Shown piece by piece: positions 9,110 through 18,264 of a stretch of DNA of 55,335 nt (its first letter is position 1; every line of letters starts with the position of its first letter). Both the position numbers and the translations under genes were made by a program. Origin of the DNA: a virus (lineage: Duplodnaviria; Caudoviricetes); IMG/VR virus record IMGVR_UViG_3300020042_002590, positions 1-55,335 of that record; one strand, given 5' to 3'. The notes beneath the pieces were generated by a model. It saw only the letters and a program-made list of their open reading frames with translations, was not told where the DNA came from and did not search any database.

Positions 9110-9339
9110 AAGCACCGCAGACTTCCCTTAAAAACTGGGGTGACCAGAAATGGCGCACCAAGTCGGGAAAGCCTTCGTCAAAAACAGGTGAGAGGTATCT
9201 TCCTGAAGCCGCTATCAAGTCTTTGTCTTCTGCTGAGTATGCTGCCACAACCAAAGCCAAGCGCAAGGGCAAGGCGGCGGGTAAGCAGTTTGTTGCCCAG
9301 CCCAAAGGTATAGCAAAGAAAACGGCAGGATTTAGATAA
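9106..9339 (+). CDS. Small basic protein (C-terminal half of a DUF5872-like family)
   Basis: TTG start overlapping the previous TGA, GGAGG RBS; QTSLKNWGDQKWRTKSG...ERYLPEAAIKSL...GKQFVAQP. Confidence 0.6.
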   Translation: MKAPQTSLKNWGDQKWRTKSGKPSSKTGERYLPEAAIKSLSSAEYAATTKAKRKGKAAGKQFVAQPKGIAKKTAGFR

Positions 9340-10265
9340 TGGCAAACACCTCTGGCGCAGTAAGTTTCAACCTAGACCTCACCGAGTTGGTGGAGGAAGC
9401 GTTTGAACGCGCCGGTGGTGAGCTTCGCACCGGATATGACCTGCGTACAGCCAGACGCAGTTTAAACATCATGTTTGCTGATTGGGCAAACCGTGGCATC
9501 AACCTGTGGACGATTGAGACCGGCACGATTGACTTTGTGCAGGGCCAGAACACCTACGCCCTGCCAGACGACACCATTGATTTACTTGAGCATGTGATCC
9601 GTACAGGCGCTAACGTAGCCGCAACTCAGGCTGACTTGAGTATCACAAGAATTAGCGTTTCTACCTACGCCACAATCCCCAACAAGATTCAACAAGCCAG
9701 ACCTATTCAGGTTTGGATTCAACGGTACAACGGTCAGACTTCGCCGACAGGGATAACCCTAAATGGTGCAATCACAGCCACTTCAACTGAAATTACGCTA
9801 AGTACTGCAATTGGTTTGCCAGCCGCTGGGTTTGTAAAGATCGACAACGAGATCATCAACTATAGCTACATAGACGGGAACACCCTATATAACTGTTTCC
9901 GGGGTCAGCAAAACACAACCGCCGCAAGCCACACAAGTACGACTGCTGTCTATTGGCAGCAAGTTCCAGCGATCACCGTTTGGCCTACCCCAGACAATGC
10001 ACAGCAATACCAATTTGTGTATTGGCGGCTGCGACGTACCCAAGACGCAGGCGGCGGTGTCAACATCATGGATGTGCCTTTTAGATTCTTGCCTTGTATG
10101 GCGGCTGGCCTGTCGTATTACATCGCCGGAAAGATTCCAAACGGCGCAGAGCGCATCCCATTCCTCAAGACGCAGTATGACGAGGCGTGGGAGCTTGCAG
10201 CCTATGAAGATCACGAGAAGGCAGCTTTGAGACTTGTACCCCGTCAAGCCTACATTGGGAGGTAA
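9339..10265 (+). CDS. Head-tail adaptor/connector-like structural protein
   Basis: DLTELVEEAFERAG...ARRSLNIMFADWANRGINLWT...TVWPTPD...PFRFLPCMAAGLSYY. Confidence 0.6.
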   Translation: MANTSGAVSFNLDLTELVEEAFERAGGELRTGYDLRTARRSLNIMFADWANRGINLWTIETGTIDFVQGQNTYALPDDTIDLLEHVIRTGANVAATQADLSITRISVSTYATIPNKIQQARPIQVWIQRYNGQTSPTGITLNGAITATSTEITLSTAIGLPAAGFVKIDNEIINYSYIDGNTLYNCFRGQQNTTAASHTSTTAVYWQQVPAITVWPTPDNAQQYQFVYWRLRRTQDAGGGVNIMDVPFRFLPCMAAGLSYYIAGKIPNGAERIPFLKTQYDEAWELAAYEDHEKAALRLVPRQAYIGR

Positions 10266-10267
10266 CG

Positions 10268-10693
10268 GTGAGTAATCGTTATGCCTCCGGCAGACATGCA
10301 ATTTCGGAGTGTGATCGGTGCGGACAACGGTTTAAACTGAAGACTCTGAAGACTGAGATCATCAAGACAAAACAATATAACTTGTTGGTTTGTCCGGCTT
10401 GTTGGGATCCAGACCATCCTCAGTTGCAGTTGGGTATGTACCCCATCGATGACCCGCAGGCTTTGAGGAATCCACGCCCTGATCGCAGTTATGTGCTTTC
10501 AGGCACAAACGGGTTGCAGCTTGACCCAACCGGCACTGGGATTGATGGAGCAGGAACGGTAGAAGGCGGCAGTCGAATCTTCCAATGGGGTTGGTATCCT
10601 GTTGGCGGGGCGAGTGGATTTGACGCAGGGCTGACACCAAATAACTTGGTTTTAGCGATAGAACTTGGTACAGTAACGGTTACAACGACATAA
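10268..10693 (+). CDS. Hypothetical protein with CxxC...CxxC
   Basis: GTG start; ECDRCG...VCPACWDPDHPQL...DPQALRNPRPD. Confidence 0.65.
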   Translation: MSNRYASGRHAISECDRCGQRFKLKTLKTEIIKTKQYNLLVCPACWDPDHPQLQLGMYPIDDPQALRNPRPDRSYVLSGTNGLQLDPTGTGIDGAGTVEGGSRIFQWGWYPVGGASGFDAGLTPNNLVLAIELGTVTVTTT

Positions 10694-10703
10694 GGAGTCG
10701 ATC

Positions 10704-10916
10704 ATGGACAAGAAAGATTTAAAGCAAGACAAAAAGATGATTGCTGGTGCAGTGCATAAGCACGAGAAAAAGCTGCACCCCGGCAAGCCTATGACCAAAT
10801 TAGCCAAGGGTGGCGTTTCTAAGATGCACAAAGGTGGAAAAACCAATGATGACATGATGAAAATGGGACGTGGTATGGCTAAAGTAGCCAACCAAAAAAC
10901 CGGCATGAAAGGTTAA
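10704..10916 (+). CDS. Small basic protein with xxKGG motifs
   Basis: AGGAG RBS; LAKGG, MHKGG, GRGMAKV. Confidence 0.65.
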   Translation: MDKKDLKQDKKMIAGAVHKHEKKLHPGKPMTKLAKGGVSKMHKGGKTNDDMMKMGRGMAKVANQKTGMKG

Positions 10917-10918
10917 TC

Positions 10919-11185
10919 ATGGCTAAATTCAGCGACAAGCGAATGGGCAAAGAAGTTGGCAATGCTATGGTGTACGCCGAGCCACACACCATGACTGGCA
11001 AAGCTGTTGGCATTGAACCCAACCCCGGCAAACTGCCAAATCACAGTGAAGCCAAAACAGTCAACATGAGCGTTGGTAATGTCAGCAAATTTGCTGGCAA
11101 CCAGCCTGTCAAAACCGACGGCATCAAAATGCGCGGCACAGGCGCAGCTACCAAAGGCTTGATGTCTAGAGGCCCAATGGCATGA
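10919..11185 (+). CDS. Small basic protein
   Basis: C-terminal KTDGIKMRGTGAATKGLMSRGPMA. Confidence 0.65.
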   Translation: MAKFSDKRMGKEVGNAMVYAEPHTMTGKAVGIEPNPGKLPNHSEAKTVNMSVGNVSKFAGNQPVKTDGIKMRGTGAATKGLMSRGPMA

Positions 11186-11871
11186 ATTACGCCCAGCTTG
11201 TAGTTGCGGTCACTGACTACACTGAGAACACCGTTCCGACGGCGAATATGAACACGTTCATAACTCAGGCAGAACAACGCATCTACAACACAGTTCAGTT
11301 CCCTTCGTTGCGTAAAAACGTGACGGGGATAACAACGTCTGGAAACAAATACTTGTCTTGCCCCGGCGACTTCTTGTCATCGTTCTCTATGGCGGTGATT
11401 GACGCAAGTGGCAACTACGAGTATTTGTTGAACAAGGATGTGAACTTCATTCGTCAGGCGTATCCACAGCCAACTGACACCGCACTGCCCAAGTACTACG
11501 CATTGTTTGGCCCAACCACAACTTCGGGTGCAACCCCCGTTGTAACGAATGAGTTAAGTTTTATTCTTGGCCCAACACCCGATGCAGCTTACAACGTCGA
11601 GTTGCATTACTACTACTACCCTGAGTCAATTGTTACGGCATCCACTACATGGTTGGGAGATAACTTTGATTCTGTCCTGTTGTACGGAACGCTGGTTGAG
11701 GCTTACACCTACATGAAGGGCGAGCCAGACATCATGGCCTTGTATGACGGCAAATACAAAGAAGCACTTGCACTTGCTCAGCGTCTTGGCGATGGCTTGG
11801 AGCGCAGTGACGCATACCGCAGTGGTCAGTACCGTGTGGTTCCGCTACCTCAGAATAACGGGGTGCGATAA
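11182..11871 (+). CDS. Head-tail adaptor protein
   Basis: MNYAQL...FITQAEQRIY...ILGPTPDAAYNVELHYY...LLYGTLVEAYTYMK. Confidence 0.65.
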   Translation: MNYAQLVVAVTDYTENTVPTANMNTFITQAEQRIYNTVQFPSLRKNVTGITTSGNKYLSCPGDFLSSFSMAVIDASGNYEYLLNKDVNFIRQAYPQPTDTALPKYYALFGPTTTSGATPVVTNELSFILGPTPDAAYNVELHYYYYPESIVTASTTWLGDNFDSVLLYGTLVEAYTYMKGEPDIMALYDGKYKEALALAQRLGDGLERSDAYRSGQYRVVPLPQNNGVR

Positions 11872-12294
11872 ATGGCATTCACCGGCAACTTCTCCTGCAA
11901 CACGCTTCGCGCTGGCTTGGCTAATGCGTCAATCAACTTGACGACCGACACGTTCTATTTAGCCTTGTACACCAACAATGCCACGTTGAGTCAAACCACG
12001 ACCGAGTACACAACTACAGGCGAAGCGTCTGGTGGAAATTACGTTGCAGGTGGTCAAGTTGTAGCAGCAACAGTTTCATCTGAGCCAACATCTTCCGGCA
12101 GTGTTGTGTATGTATCCTTTACATCTCCAGCATGGACTGGGTCAATCACTGCTCGCGGTGCTTTGATCTACAAAGCCGGAGCAAACGGCGCAATCTGCGT
12201 TTTAGATTTTGGTAATGACAAAACATCTACCAATAGTTTCATCGTGACGATGCCTGCTAACACCAGCACATCTGCACTCATTCGACTTATTTAA
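11872..12294 (+). CDS. Tail-associated structural protein
   Basis: FYLALYT...GNYVAGG...ITARGALIY...VLDFG.DKTS. Confidence 0.6.
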   Translation: MAFTGNFSCNTLRAGLANASINLTTDTFYLALYTNNATLSQTTTEYTTTGEASGGNYVAGGQVVAATVSSEPTSSGSVVYVSFTSPAWTGSITARGALIYKAGANGAICVLDFGNDKTSTNSFIVTMPANTSTSALIRLI

Positions 12295-12304
12295 GGAGCA
12301 ACAA

Positions 12305-12886
12305 ATGTCAACCGTAGAAAAAGCCCAAGCCGCCGACGTTATCGGTAGCGCAATCACCAAAGCCTTAGAAGCTGGAGAGACAGCGTCTGCCAAGGGTGTT
12401 TACACCATGCAGTGCTTTGACAAAGACGGAAACCTGAAGTGGGAAGCTGAATGCCTCAATCTGGTCGTCAATGGCGGCTTGCAGGATATGAACAACAAGT
12501 ACTTCCTTGGCAGTGCGTACACCGCCACTTGGTATATTGGTTTGTACGGCTCAGGCGCTTCAAACAGTCCTGCCGCTGGCGATACTATGGCTTCACATGC
12601 CGGATGGACTGAAGTTGTTCCTTACAGCCAAGCAACCCGCCCTGCTTGCACATTTGCCACACCGACCACAGCCAACCCATCTGTAGCTACAAACTCAGCT
12701 TCTCCTGCTGTGTACAGCATCAACGCAACATCAACTGTTGGCGGCGCATTCTTGGTCAGCGACAACACAAAGAACGGATCAACAGGCATTCTGTACTCTG
12801 CATCTGACTTCACCTCTCCCGGCGACCGCTCTGTTGTTTCAGGCGATACGCTGAACGTCACTTACACACTCAGCTTGGCAGGTTAA
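12305..12886 (+). CDS. Tail-associated structural protein (fibre base-like)
   Basis: NLVVNGGL...WYIGL...GILYSASDF...VVSGDTLNVTY. Confidence 0.6.
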   Translation: MSTVEKAQAADVIGSAITKALEAGETASAKGVYTMQCFDKDGNLKWEAECLNLVVNGGLQDMNNKYFLGSAYTATWYIGLYGSGASNSPAAGDTMASHAGWTEVVPYSQATRPACTFATPTTANPSVATNSASPAVYSINATSTVGGAFLVSDNTKNGSTGILYSASDFTSPGDRSVVSGDTLNVTYTLSLAG

Positions 12887-12888
12887 TC

Positions 12889-13065
12889 ATGGCAACATTT
12901 AAAAAAGGCGATGTCGTAAAGCTGGCTGGCGTTGTTCCACAAGGCCCAGTAATCAGTATGCGCATGGATGAAGATGGCAATGTGTCTTACTTGATTGAGT
13001 GGACAGATGTCAACGGTCGTAAACAACAGCGCTGGTTTGCCGAATCTGATTTGGCGGCAGTTTAA
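12889..13065 (+). CDS. 58-aa YodC/DUF2158-like protein (below the ORF-track cutoff)
   Basis: MATFKKGDVVKLAGVVPQGPV...IEWTDVNGRKQQRWFAESDL. Confidence 0.55.
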   Translation: MATFKKGDVVKLAGVVPQGPVISMRMDEDGNVSYLIEWTDVNGRKQQRWFAESDLAAV

Positions 13066-13083
13066 ATGAGTGGGGCATGACGA

Positions 13084-14106
13084 GTGTTCGGCATATCCGC
13101 ATTCTCACAAGCCCCGTTTTCGTCGCTTAGTAATTCTGTCTACAACGCATTCATAGCAGAGACAGCCACAGCGACGGATAGCATTTCTTCGCTTTTAACT
13201 TTCCTCTCTTCTGTATCTGAGACAGCCACTGCCACTGATTCAATATCAGCCAAGGCAACATTCCCCTGTGCGGTCGTTGAATCTGCAACAGCCACGGACT
13301 CAATTTCAGCCAAAGCTACATTTGCTACAAACATAGCAGAGTCATCTACGGCAACCGACTCGTTCTTTGCCTCGCAGAATTTTGTGTCCGCAATCGCGGA
13401 AACAGCCACAGCCACAGACTCTTTTGCAAGCAGAATCATTTTTACGTCTTCGGTAGCGGAAACATCAACTGCCACAGACACAGGTACGGTCGCAGCCAGC
13501 ACGTTCAACGCCCCAGTGGTAGAGACTGCCAGCGCATCAGATTCAATCTTGTCCAAAGCCACATTCCGGACGGCGGTCAGCGAAACAGCGACAGCTACAG
13601 ATTCAACTTCTACCAAACAAACTTTTGCTACAAATGTAGCGGAGACTGCTACAGCCACAGACTCGGTTTCAACGACACCGATCTACTTGGCCTTGATTGC
13701 TGAGAACGCCACAGCCACGGATGTAGTATCAAGCTCCTTTGCCTTCCTTGGCGCAGTGAGTGAGACAGCGACCGCAACTGATTCTGTAGTTGGGCGCACA
13801 ATTTACCCGGCTCAGATTGTGGAGTCGTCCACAGCCGCAGATGCGTTTAATGCAGCCGCTACATTTGAGGCGTTGATCCAAGAATTTGGCTCTGTAACGG
13901 ATGTTGTGTTTGTCACGCAGGTGTTTATGTGTGCCATCCAAGAAACGATCACGGCATCTGATTCGTTCTTTGCGCGGTTCTTGTGGGAGCTTATCAACGA
14001 TAGCCAGAACGCAAATTGGGTAAATACAAACACCTCAGAAAGCACTACATGGGTGATAATTAACGATAGTAACCCCAATACTTGGACAGAAATTGGGACA
14101 ACCTGA
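13084..14106 (+). CDS. Fibre/shaft protein with 14 x 20-aa repeats
   Basis: GTG start, MFGISAFSQAPFSSL N-terminus, repeats of [VI]xETATATDS.....F. Confidence 0.7.
   Translation: MFGISAFSQAPFSSLSNSVYNAFIAETATATDSISSLLTFLSSVSETATATDSISAKATFPCAVVESATATDSISAKATFATNIAESSTATDSFFASQNFVSAIAETATATDSFASRIIFTSSVAETSTATDTGTVAASTFNAPVVETASASDSILSKATFRTAVSETATATDSTSTKQTFATNVAETATATDSVSTTPIYLALIAENATATDVVSSSFAFLGAVSETATATDSVVGRTIYPAQIVESSTAADAFNAAATFEALIQEFGSVTDVVFVTQVFMCAIQETITASDSFFARFLWELINDSQNANWVNTNTSESTTWVIINDSNPNTWTEIGTT
13153..13995 (+). repeat. Coding tandem repeat, 60-nt period, about 14 units
   Basis: IAETATATDSISSLLTFLSS / VSETATATDSISAKATFPCA / VVESATATDSISAKATFATN ...; one unit is 21 aa. Confidence 0.85.
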
Positions 14107-14115
14107 GAGTAAAAC

Positions 14116-14574
14116 ATGGCCTTAGTTTTAGCTGATCGCGTTCGGGAAACTACTACCACCGTTGGTACAGGCACAGTCACGCTTGCCGGAGCCGTCACGG
14201 GCTTTCAATCATTTGCGGTTGTTGGTAACGGCAACACTACGTACTACACAATTGCTGGGCAAGGCACTTCCGAGTGGGAAGTTGGTATTGGGACTTACAC
14301 CTCGTCAGGTACTACGCTGGCACGGACAGCCGTGCTTGCTTCAAGCAATTCTGGGTCGCTGGTCAGTTTCAGCGCAGGTACAAAGGATGTGTTTGTCACG
14401 TATCCAGCCGGTAGATCGGTATCTGGTGGCGAAGGTTACACAGAAAACGATGCCACAATTGACGTAAGTTCAACCATAAATACAGGCAGAAACGCCATAT
14501 CTGCTGGGCCAATATCAATTGCTGGTGGGGTTACTGTGACTGTTCCTACAGGCTCAGTCTGGACTGTTGTCTGA
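14116..14574 (+). CDS. Tail-fibre adaptor protein
   Basis: MALVLADRVRETTTT...EWEVGIGTY...FSAGTKDVFVTYPA; C-terminal END...VTVTVPTGSVW module. Confidence 0.65.
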   Translation: MALVLADRVRETTTTVGTGTVTLAGAVTGFQSFAVVGNGNTTYYTIAGQGTSEWEVGIGTYTSSGTTLARTAVLASSNSGSLVSFSAGTKDVFVTYPAGRSVSGGEGYTENDATIDVSSTINTGRNAISAGPISIAGGVTVTVPTGSVWTVV

Positions 14575-14606
14575 TAAAGAAATAGAATGCACACAGGAGT
14601 TTAAAC

Positions 14607-15221
14607 ATGCCATCAGCATATACCGACCTACTAAAGCTGGTTCAGCCAGTCACTGGAGAACTCACCAATACGTGGGGTAACGTAACCAACTCCACGCTTA
14701 CGCAGTTTGTTGAGAACGCTATTGCTGGCTTTCAAACCTTCAGCGTGACCAGCACAGACTGGACGCTCTCCACAACAACCCCCGGCGATACAGCGGCGGC
14801 TTCAACCAATGCTGCTCGTTATGCAATTCTGATTACCACAGGTACACCAGCAACAACTCGGTATATCTACGCCCCGCAGCAGAGCAAAACCTACGTCGTC
14901 ATCAACAATTGCACCGACAGTAGCTCGGTTTATATTCGTGGTGGTACATCAAGCTCGTACACAACCGGCGTAGAGATTGAGGCGGGAAGCTCTGCTCTTG
15001 TCGCATGGGATTCATCTGCCAATGATTTCATCAAGGTTGCAGGTGGCGGTGGCGGTGCGGCGGGTGGTGGTAGTGACCAGATCTTCTTTGAGAACGACCA
15101 GACAGTCACAGCCAGCTACAGCATCCCGACAGGCAAGAACGCAGGTACGTTTGGCCCAGTTTCAATCAACGGTGGAGTCACCGTCACAGTTCCCACGGGT
15201 TCTGTTTGGTACGTAATTTAA
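14607..15221 (+). CDS. Tail-fibre proximal protein
   Basis: LKLVQPVTGELTNTWG N-terminus; C-terminal FFEND...VTVTVPTGSVW module. Confidence 0.65.
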   Translation: MPSAYTDLLKLVQPVTGELTNTWGNVTNSTLTQFVENAIAGFQTFSVTSTDWTLSTTTPGDTAAASTNAARYAILITTGTPATTRYIYAPQQSKTYVVINNCTDSSSVYIRGGTSSSYTTGVEIEAGSSALVAWDSSANDFIKVAGGGGGAAGGGSDQIFFENDQTVTASYSIPTGKNAGTFGPVSINGGVTVTVPTGSVWYVI

Positions 15222-15230
15222 GGAGAACAC

Positions 15231-15821
15231 ATGTCCCTAGTAGCACTCTCAGGTAATGCCAGCGGCACAGGTACGCTGACTATTGCCGCACCAAACACAA
15301 ACAGCAACTTCACGCTGACGTTGCCTACAAACACTGGAACTTTAATAAGTACCGCTTCTACTTTTGCGGGGACTGGCCCTGCGTTTTTTGCTACTGGCGC
15401 AGCAACTGTTTGCGCTAATACTGTTGCCACGCTAGTAACAAATGGAACTGAAACATTTGACACAAACGGTTGTTACAACAATACAGGAAGCACAGTAACT
15501 TTAAACGGCATTTCTGCGCCAGCTTATTCTTTTGCTCCAAATGTTGCTGGCTATTATCAATTTACTGCGGTTGTATTTATTAATGGTTCTGCTTCAGATA
15601 GGCCATCTATTTACATATATAAAATTGGCTCTCCTATTATTTCAACATATTCAGCGGGTACTGCGTTGAGTGGGGGCCAAAGCTATCAAATAACTGGGCT
15701 TATCAGCCTTAATGGCACTTCTGATTATGTTCAATGCTACTACGCCCAAGCAAGCGGTAGCTCGCTAACTACAAATAGCGGCCTTACTTATTTTTGTGGT
15801 TCATTGGTAAGGGGAGCGTAA
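15231..15821 (+). CDS. Receptor-binding/fibre subunit with C1q-like C-terminus
   Basis: GPAFFA...ETFDTNGCYNNT...FAPNVAGYYQF...LNGTSDYVQCY...YFCGSLV. Confidence 0.6.
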   Translation: MSLVALSGNASGTGTLTIAAPNTNSNFTLTLPTNTGTLISTASTFAGTGPAFFATGAATVCANTVATLVTNGTETFDTNGCYNNTGSTVTLNGISAPAYSFAPNVAGYYQFTAVVFINGSASDRPSIYIYKIGSPIISTYSAGTALSGGQSYQITGLISLNGTSDYVQCYYAQASGSSLTTNSGLTYFCGSLVRGA

Positions 15822-15992
15822 ATGGGACTCTTTGAAAAAATCAAACAAATCTACCCCGAATTAACTTTGGAAGATTTTATTGCCCCAAACCAAACCATTT
15901 ACCTGCAAAACGACAGCGATGGCAAAGGTGATTACATTGCAAAGTGGGAACACCCAACATTGCCTAAACCCACAGAGGAGCAATTAGCATGA
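15822..15992 (+). CDS. 56-aa XkdW-like fibre-associated protein
   Basis: MGLFEKIKQIYPEL...LQNDSDGKGDYIAKWEHPTLPKPTEEQLA; abuts both neighbours. Confidence 0.65.
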   Translation: MGLFEKIKQIYPELTLEDFIAPNQTIYLQNDSDGKGDYIAKWEHPTLPKPTEEQLA

Positions 15993-17077
15993 CCATAGCA
16001 ATCTCAGGAACAACGGGTATTACCCTTACCGGGCAGTTTGATTCTGCCTCCACGTTTGGCTTCAAAAACCGCATCATCAATGGTTCAATGGTTGTCTCAC
16101 AAAGGAATGCGGGGGCTAGTGTTACACCTACAAGTAGTGCATATACATTAGATAGATGGTCGCTAACAATTACTCAAGCTAGTAAACTTTCTGCTCAACA
16201 AAATGCTGGTTCTGTAACGCCGCCAGTAGGATTCAAAAACTATTTAGGCGCAACATCACTTTCTGCATATTCTGTTTCAGCTTCAGATTATTTTTTACTT
16301 TATCAGGGAATTGAAGGATTTAATGTTGCTGATTTGCAATGGGGTACTGCTAATGCTAGAACTGTTACTTTGTCGTTTCAAGTCTATTCTTCATTAACTG
16401 GCACTTTTGGTGGTTCATTAGTAAATGCTGGTTTTAATAGAAGTTATCCTTTTACTTATACAGTTTCTTCTGCCAATACATGGACTAATATTTCAGTAAC
16501 TATTGCTGGCGATACATCAGGCACTTGGGCAACAGACAATACTCAAGGTATAAGACTTTACTTTGGTCTTGGTGTTGGGGCAACTAATAGCGGAACTGCT
16601 GGTGCATGGGCAGGGGCGCAATATCTTTCAGCCACAGGTGCAACATCAGTAGTCGGCACAAATGGAGCAACTTTCTACATCACAGGCGTACAGCTAGAAA
16701 AAGGCTCAACAGCAACGAGCTTTGATTACAGACCTTATGGGACTGAGCTTCAGCTTTGTCAACGCTATTTTGAAAAGTCATACAACACAGATGTAGCAGT
16801 AGCAACATCGACAGATACTGGCACAGTCTCTACAAGATCACCTCAAGCAGATATGCAAGACACAATCCAGTTTGCAGTTGAAAAAAGATCGGGGCCAGAT
16901 ATAGTTTATTACACAGGTTTGGGTGTAATCAATAATTGGAGAGATGTAAGTGCTGGCGCAAATAAATCAATGTCTACAGCGGTTACAGGGTCAAGACAGT
17001 TTACTTGGGCTAATTCAAGCAGTATGCCTGTTGGCAACGTATTGCGTGGTCATTGGACTGCATCAGTGGAGCTATAA
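15989..17077 (+). CDS. Tail-fibre/receptor-binding subunit (carbohydrate-binding-like)
   Basis: FKNRIING.M.VSQR...YTLDRW...ITGVQLEKGSTATSFDYRPYGTELQLCQRYF; AT-rich interior. Confidence 0.7.
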   Translation: MTIAISGTTGITLTGQFDSASTFGFKNRIINGSMVVSQRNAGASVTPTSSAYTLDRWSLTITQASKLSAQQNAGSVTPPVGFKNYLGATSLSAYSVSASDYFLLYQGIEGFNVADLQWGTANARTVTLSFQVYSSLTGTFGGSLVNAGFNRSYPFTYTVSSANTWTNISVTIAGDTSGTWATDNTQGIRLYFGLGVGATNSGTAGAWAGAQYLSATGATSVVGTNGATFYITGVQLEKGSTATSFDYRPYGTELQLCQRYFEKSYNTDVAVATSTDTGTVSTRSPQADMQDTIQFAVEKRSGPDIVYYTGLGVINNWRDVSAGANKSMSTAVTGSRQFTWANSSSMPVGNVLRGHWTASVEL

Positions 17078-17233
17078 ATGTATCAACTTTCAATATACCC
17101 AAACATGGTTCAGTGCTTAACAACATTTGCATGGATACCATTTGACCCAGCAAACACAAGTTACCAAGCCTACCTAGAGTGGCTTGCAGAGGGCAACACA
17201 CCACTTCCCGCAGATGAAGGAGAGCAACAATGA
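17078..17233 (+). CDS. 51-aa fibre-associated small protein
   Basis: IPFDPANTSYQAYLEWLAEGNTPLPADE. Confidence 0.65.
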   Translation: MYQLSIYPNMVQCLTTFAWIPFDPANTSYQAYLEWLAEGNTPLPADEGEQQ

Positions 17234-18264
17234 CTGTAACGATTAACGGCACAAGCGGCATAGCTGGAGTTGATGGCTCTGCTGGCACACCCGCAATTCA
17301 AGGCGCAGATACCAATACAGGTATGTTTTTTCCTGCCGCTGACACCATTGCTTTTGCCACGGCTGGTACTGAGGATATGCGGATTGACTCCTCTGGTAAT
17401 GTGGGGATTGGTACTGCTTCTCCAGCAAGCAAGTTGGACATAAATACAGGCGGCTCAACTGGCACACAAGACTTGATAACTCTGTCAGGTCTAGATAGTG
17501 CCTCGACAAAACAGACCTATGCCACTATTCGCATGGGTATTGAAAACAGCACTGCTGGCTCAGAACAAGGAAACTTGCATCTTCAAACAGTTGAATCTGG
17601 AACTGTTAGAGACAGAATTTTTATGAAGGGCGGGGGTGAAATTGCGTTTTTCAATGGCGGCTCAGAACGTATGCGTATCGACTCCAGCGGTAACTTGCTG
17701 GTGGGGACTACGGCTTTAAGAGGTTCTGAAAGAGTTTCAATCCAAGCGGCAAGCTCATCGCAAGGTTTAAATATTTCTCAATTTAGTACCTCTGGAAATC
17801 CAACCATATTTAAGATTGAAACAGGATTAGCTGGTGGCGCTATTGGAACTGGTCGCTTCATTGATACTTATGATGGAGGCTCAAACAAATTTTTTATTGC
17901 TGGTTCTGGTGTGGTTAATTCAACAAGCACCTCAATCACCTCCATTTCTGATTTTAGACTCAAAGAAAATATTCGCGATCTAGAAACAGGGCTTGATGCA
18001 GTAATGACTCTTAAGCCAAGGCGCTTTGATTGGAAAGAAGGTCAAGGCACTAACAAAAAAGATGTGGCTGGTTTTATTGCACAAGAAGTTGAAACTGTAT
18101 TGCCTGATTTAATTGGTGAATGGAAGAACAATGAAAGCGATGAGACCATATACAAATCGTTGTCGATGGGTGATATGTTGCCCACTCTTGTTAAAGCCAT
18201 CCAAGAACAACAAGCCATCATCACAGCCCTGACAGCACGAATCACTGCACTTGAGGCTAAATAA
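17230..18264 (+). CDS. Tail fibre with C-terminal intramolecular chaperone (peptidase S74-like)
   Basis: ERMRIDSSGN repeats; SDFRLKENI...LKPRRFDWK...GFIAQEVE...LVKAIQEQQ. Confidence 0.85.
   Translation: MTVTINGTSGIAGVDGSAGTPAIQGADTNTGMFFPAADTIAFATAGTEDMRIDSSGNVGIGTASPASKLDINTGGSTGTQDLITLSGLDSASTKQTYATIRMGIENSTAGSEQGNLHLQTVESGTVRDRIFMKGGGEIAFFNGGSERMRIDSSGNLLVGTTALRGSERVSIQAASSSQGLNISQFSTSGNPTIFKIETGLAGGAIGTGRFIDTYDGGSNKFFIAGSGVVNSTSTSITSISDFRLKENIRDLETGLDAVMTLKPRRFDWKEGQGTNKKDVAGFIAQEVETVLPDLIGEWKNNESDETIYKSLSMGDMLPTLVKAIQEQQAIITALTARITALEAK

Noticed and set aside
9095-9112. Programmed -1 frameshift fusing the two DUF5872-like ORFs
   Set aside because: No slippery heptamer; a GGAGG RBS and TTGA overlap explain it as translational coupling
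13153-13995. Regular 60-nt periodicity as a possible CRISPR array
   Set aside because: Repeats are degenerate at the DNA level, conserved at the protein level and inside an ORF; no spacers or cas genes
15231-18264. Diversity-generating retroelement or invertase switching of fibre tips
   Set aside because: No reverse transcriptase, recombinase, template/variable repeat pair or flanking inverted repeats seen
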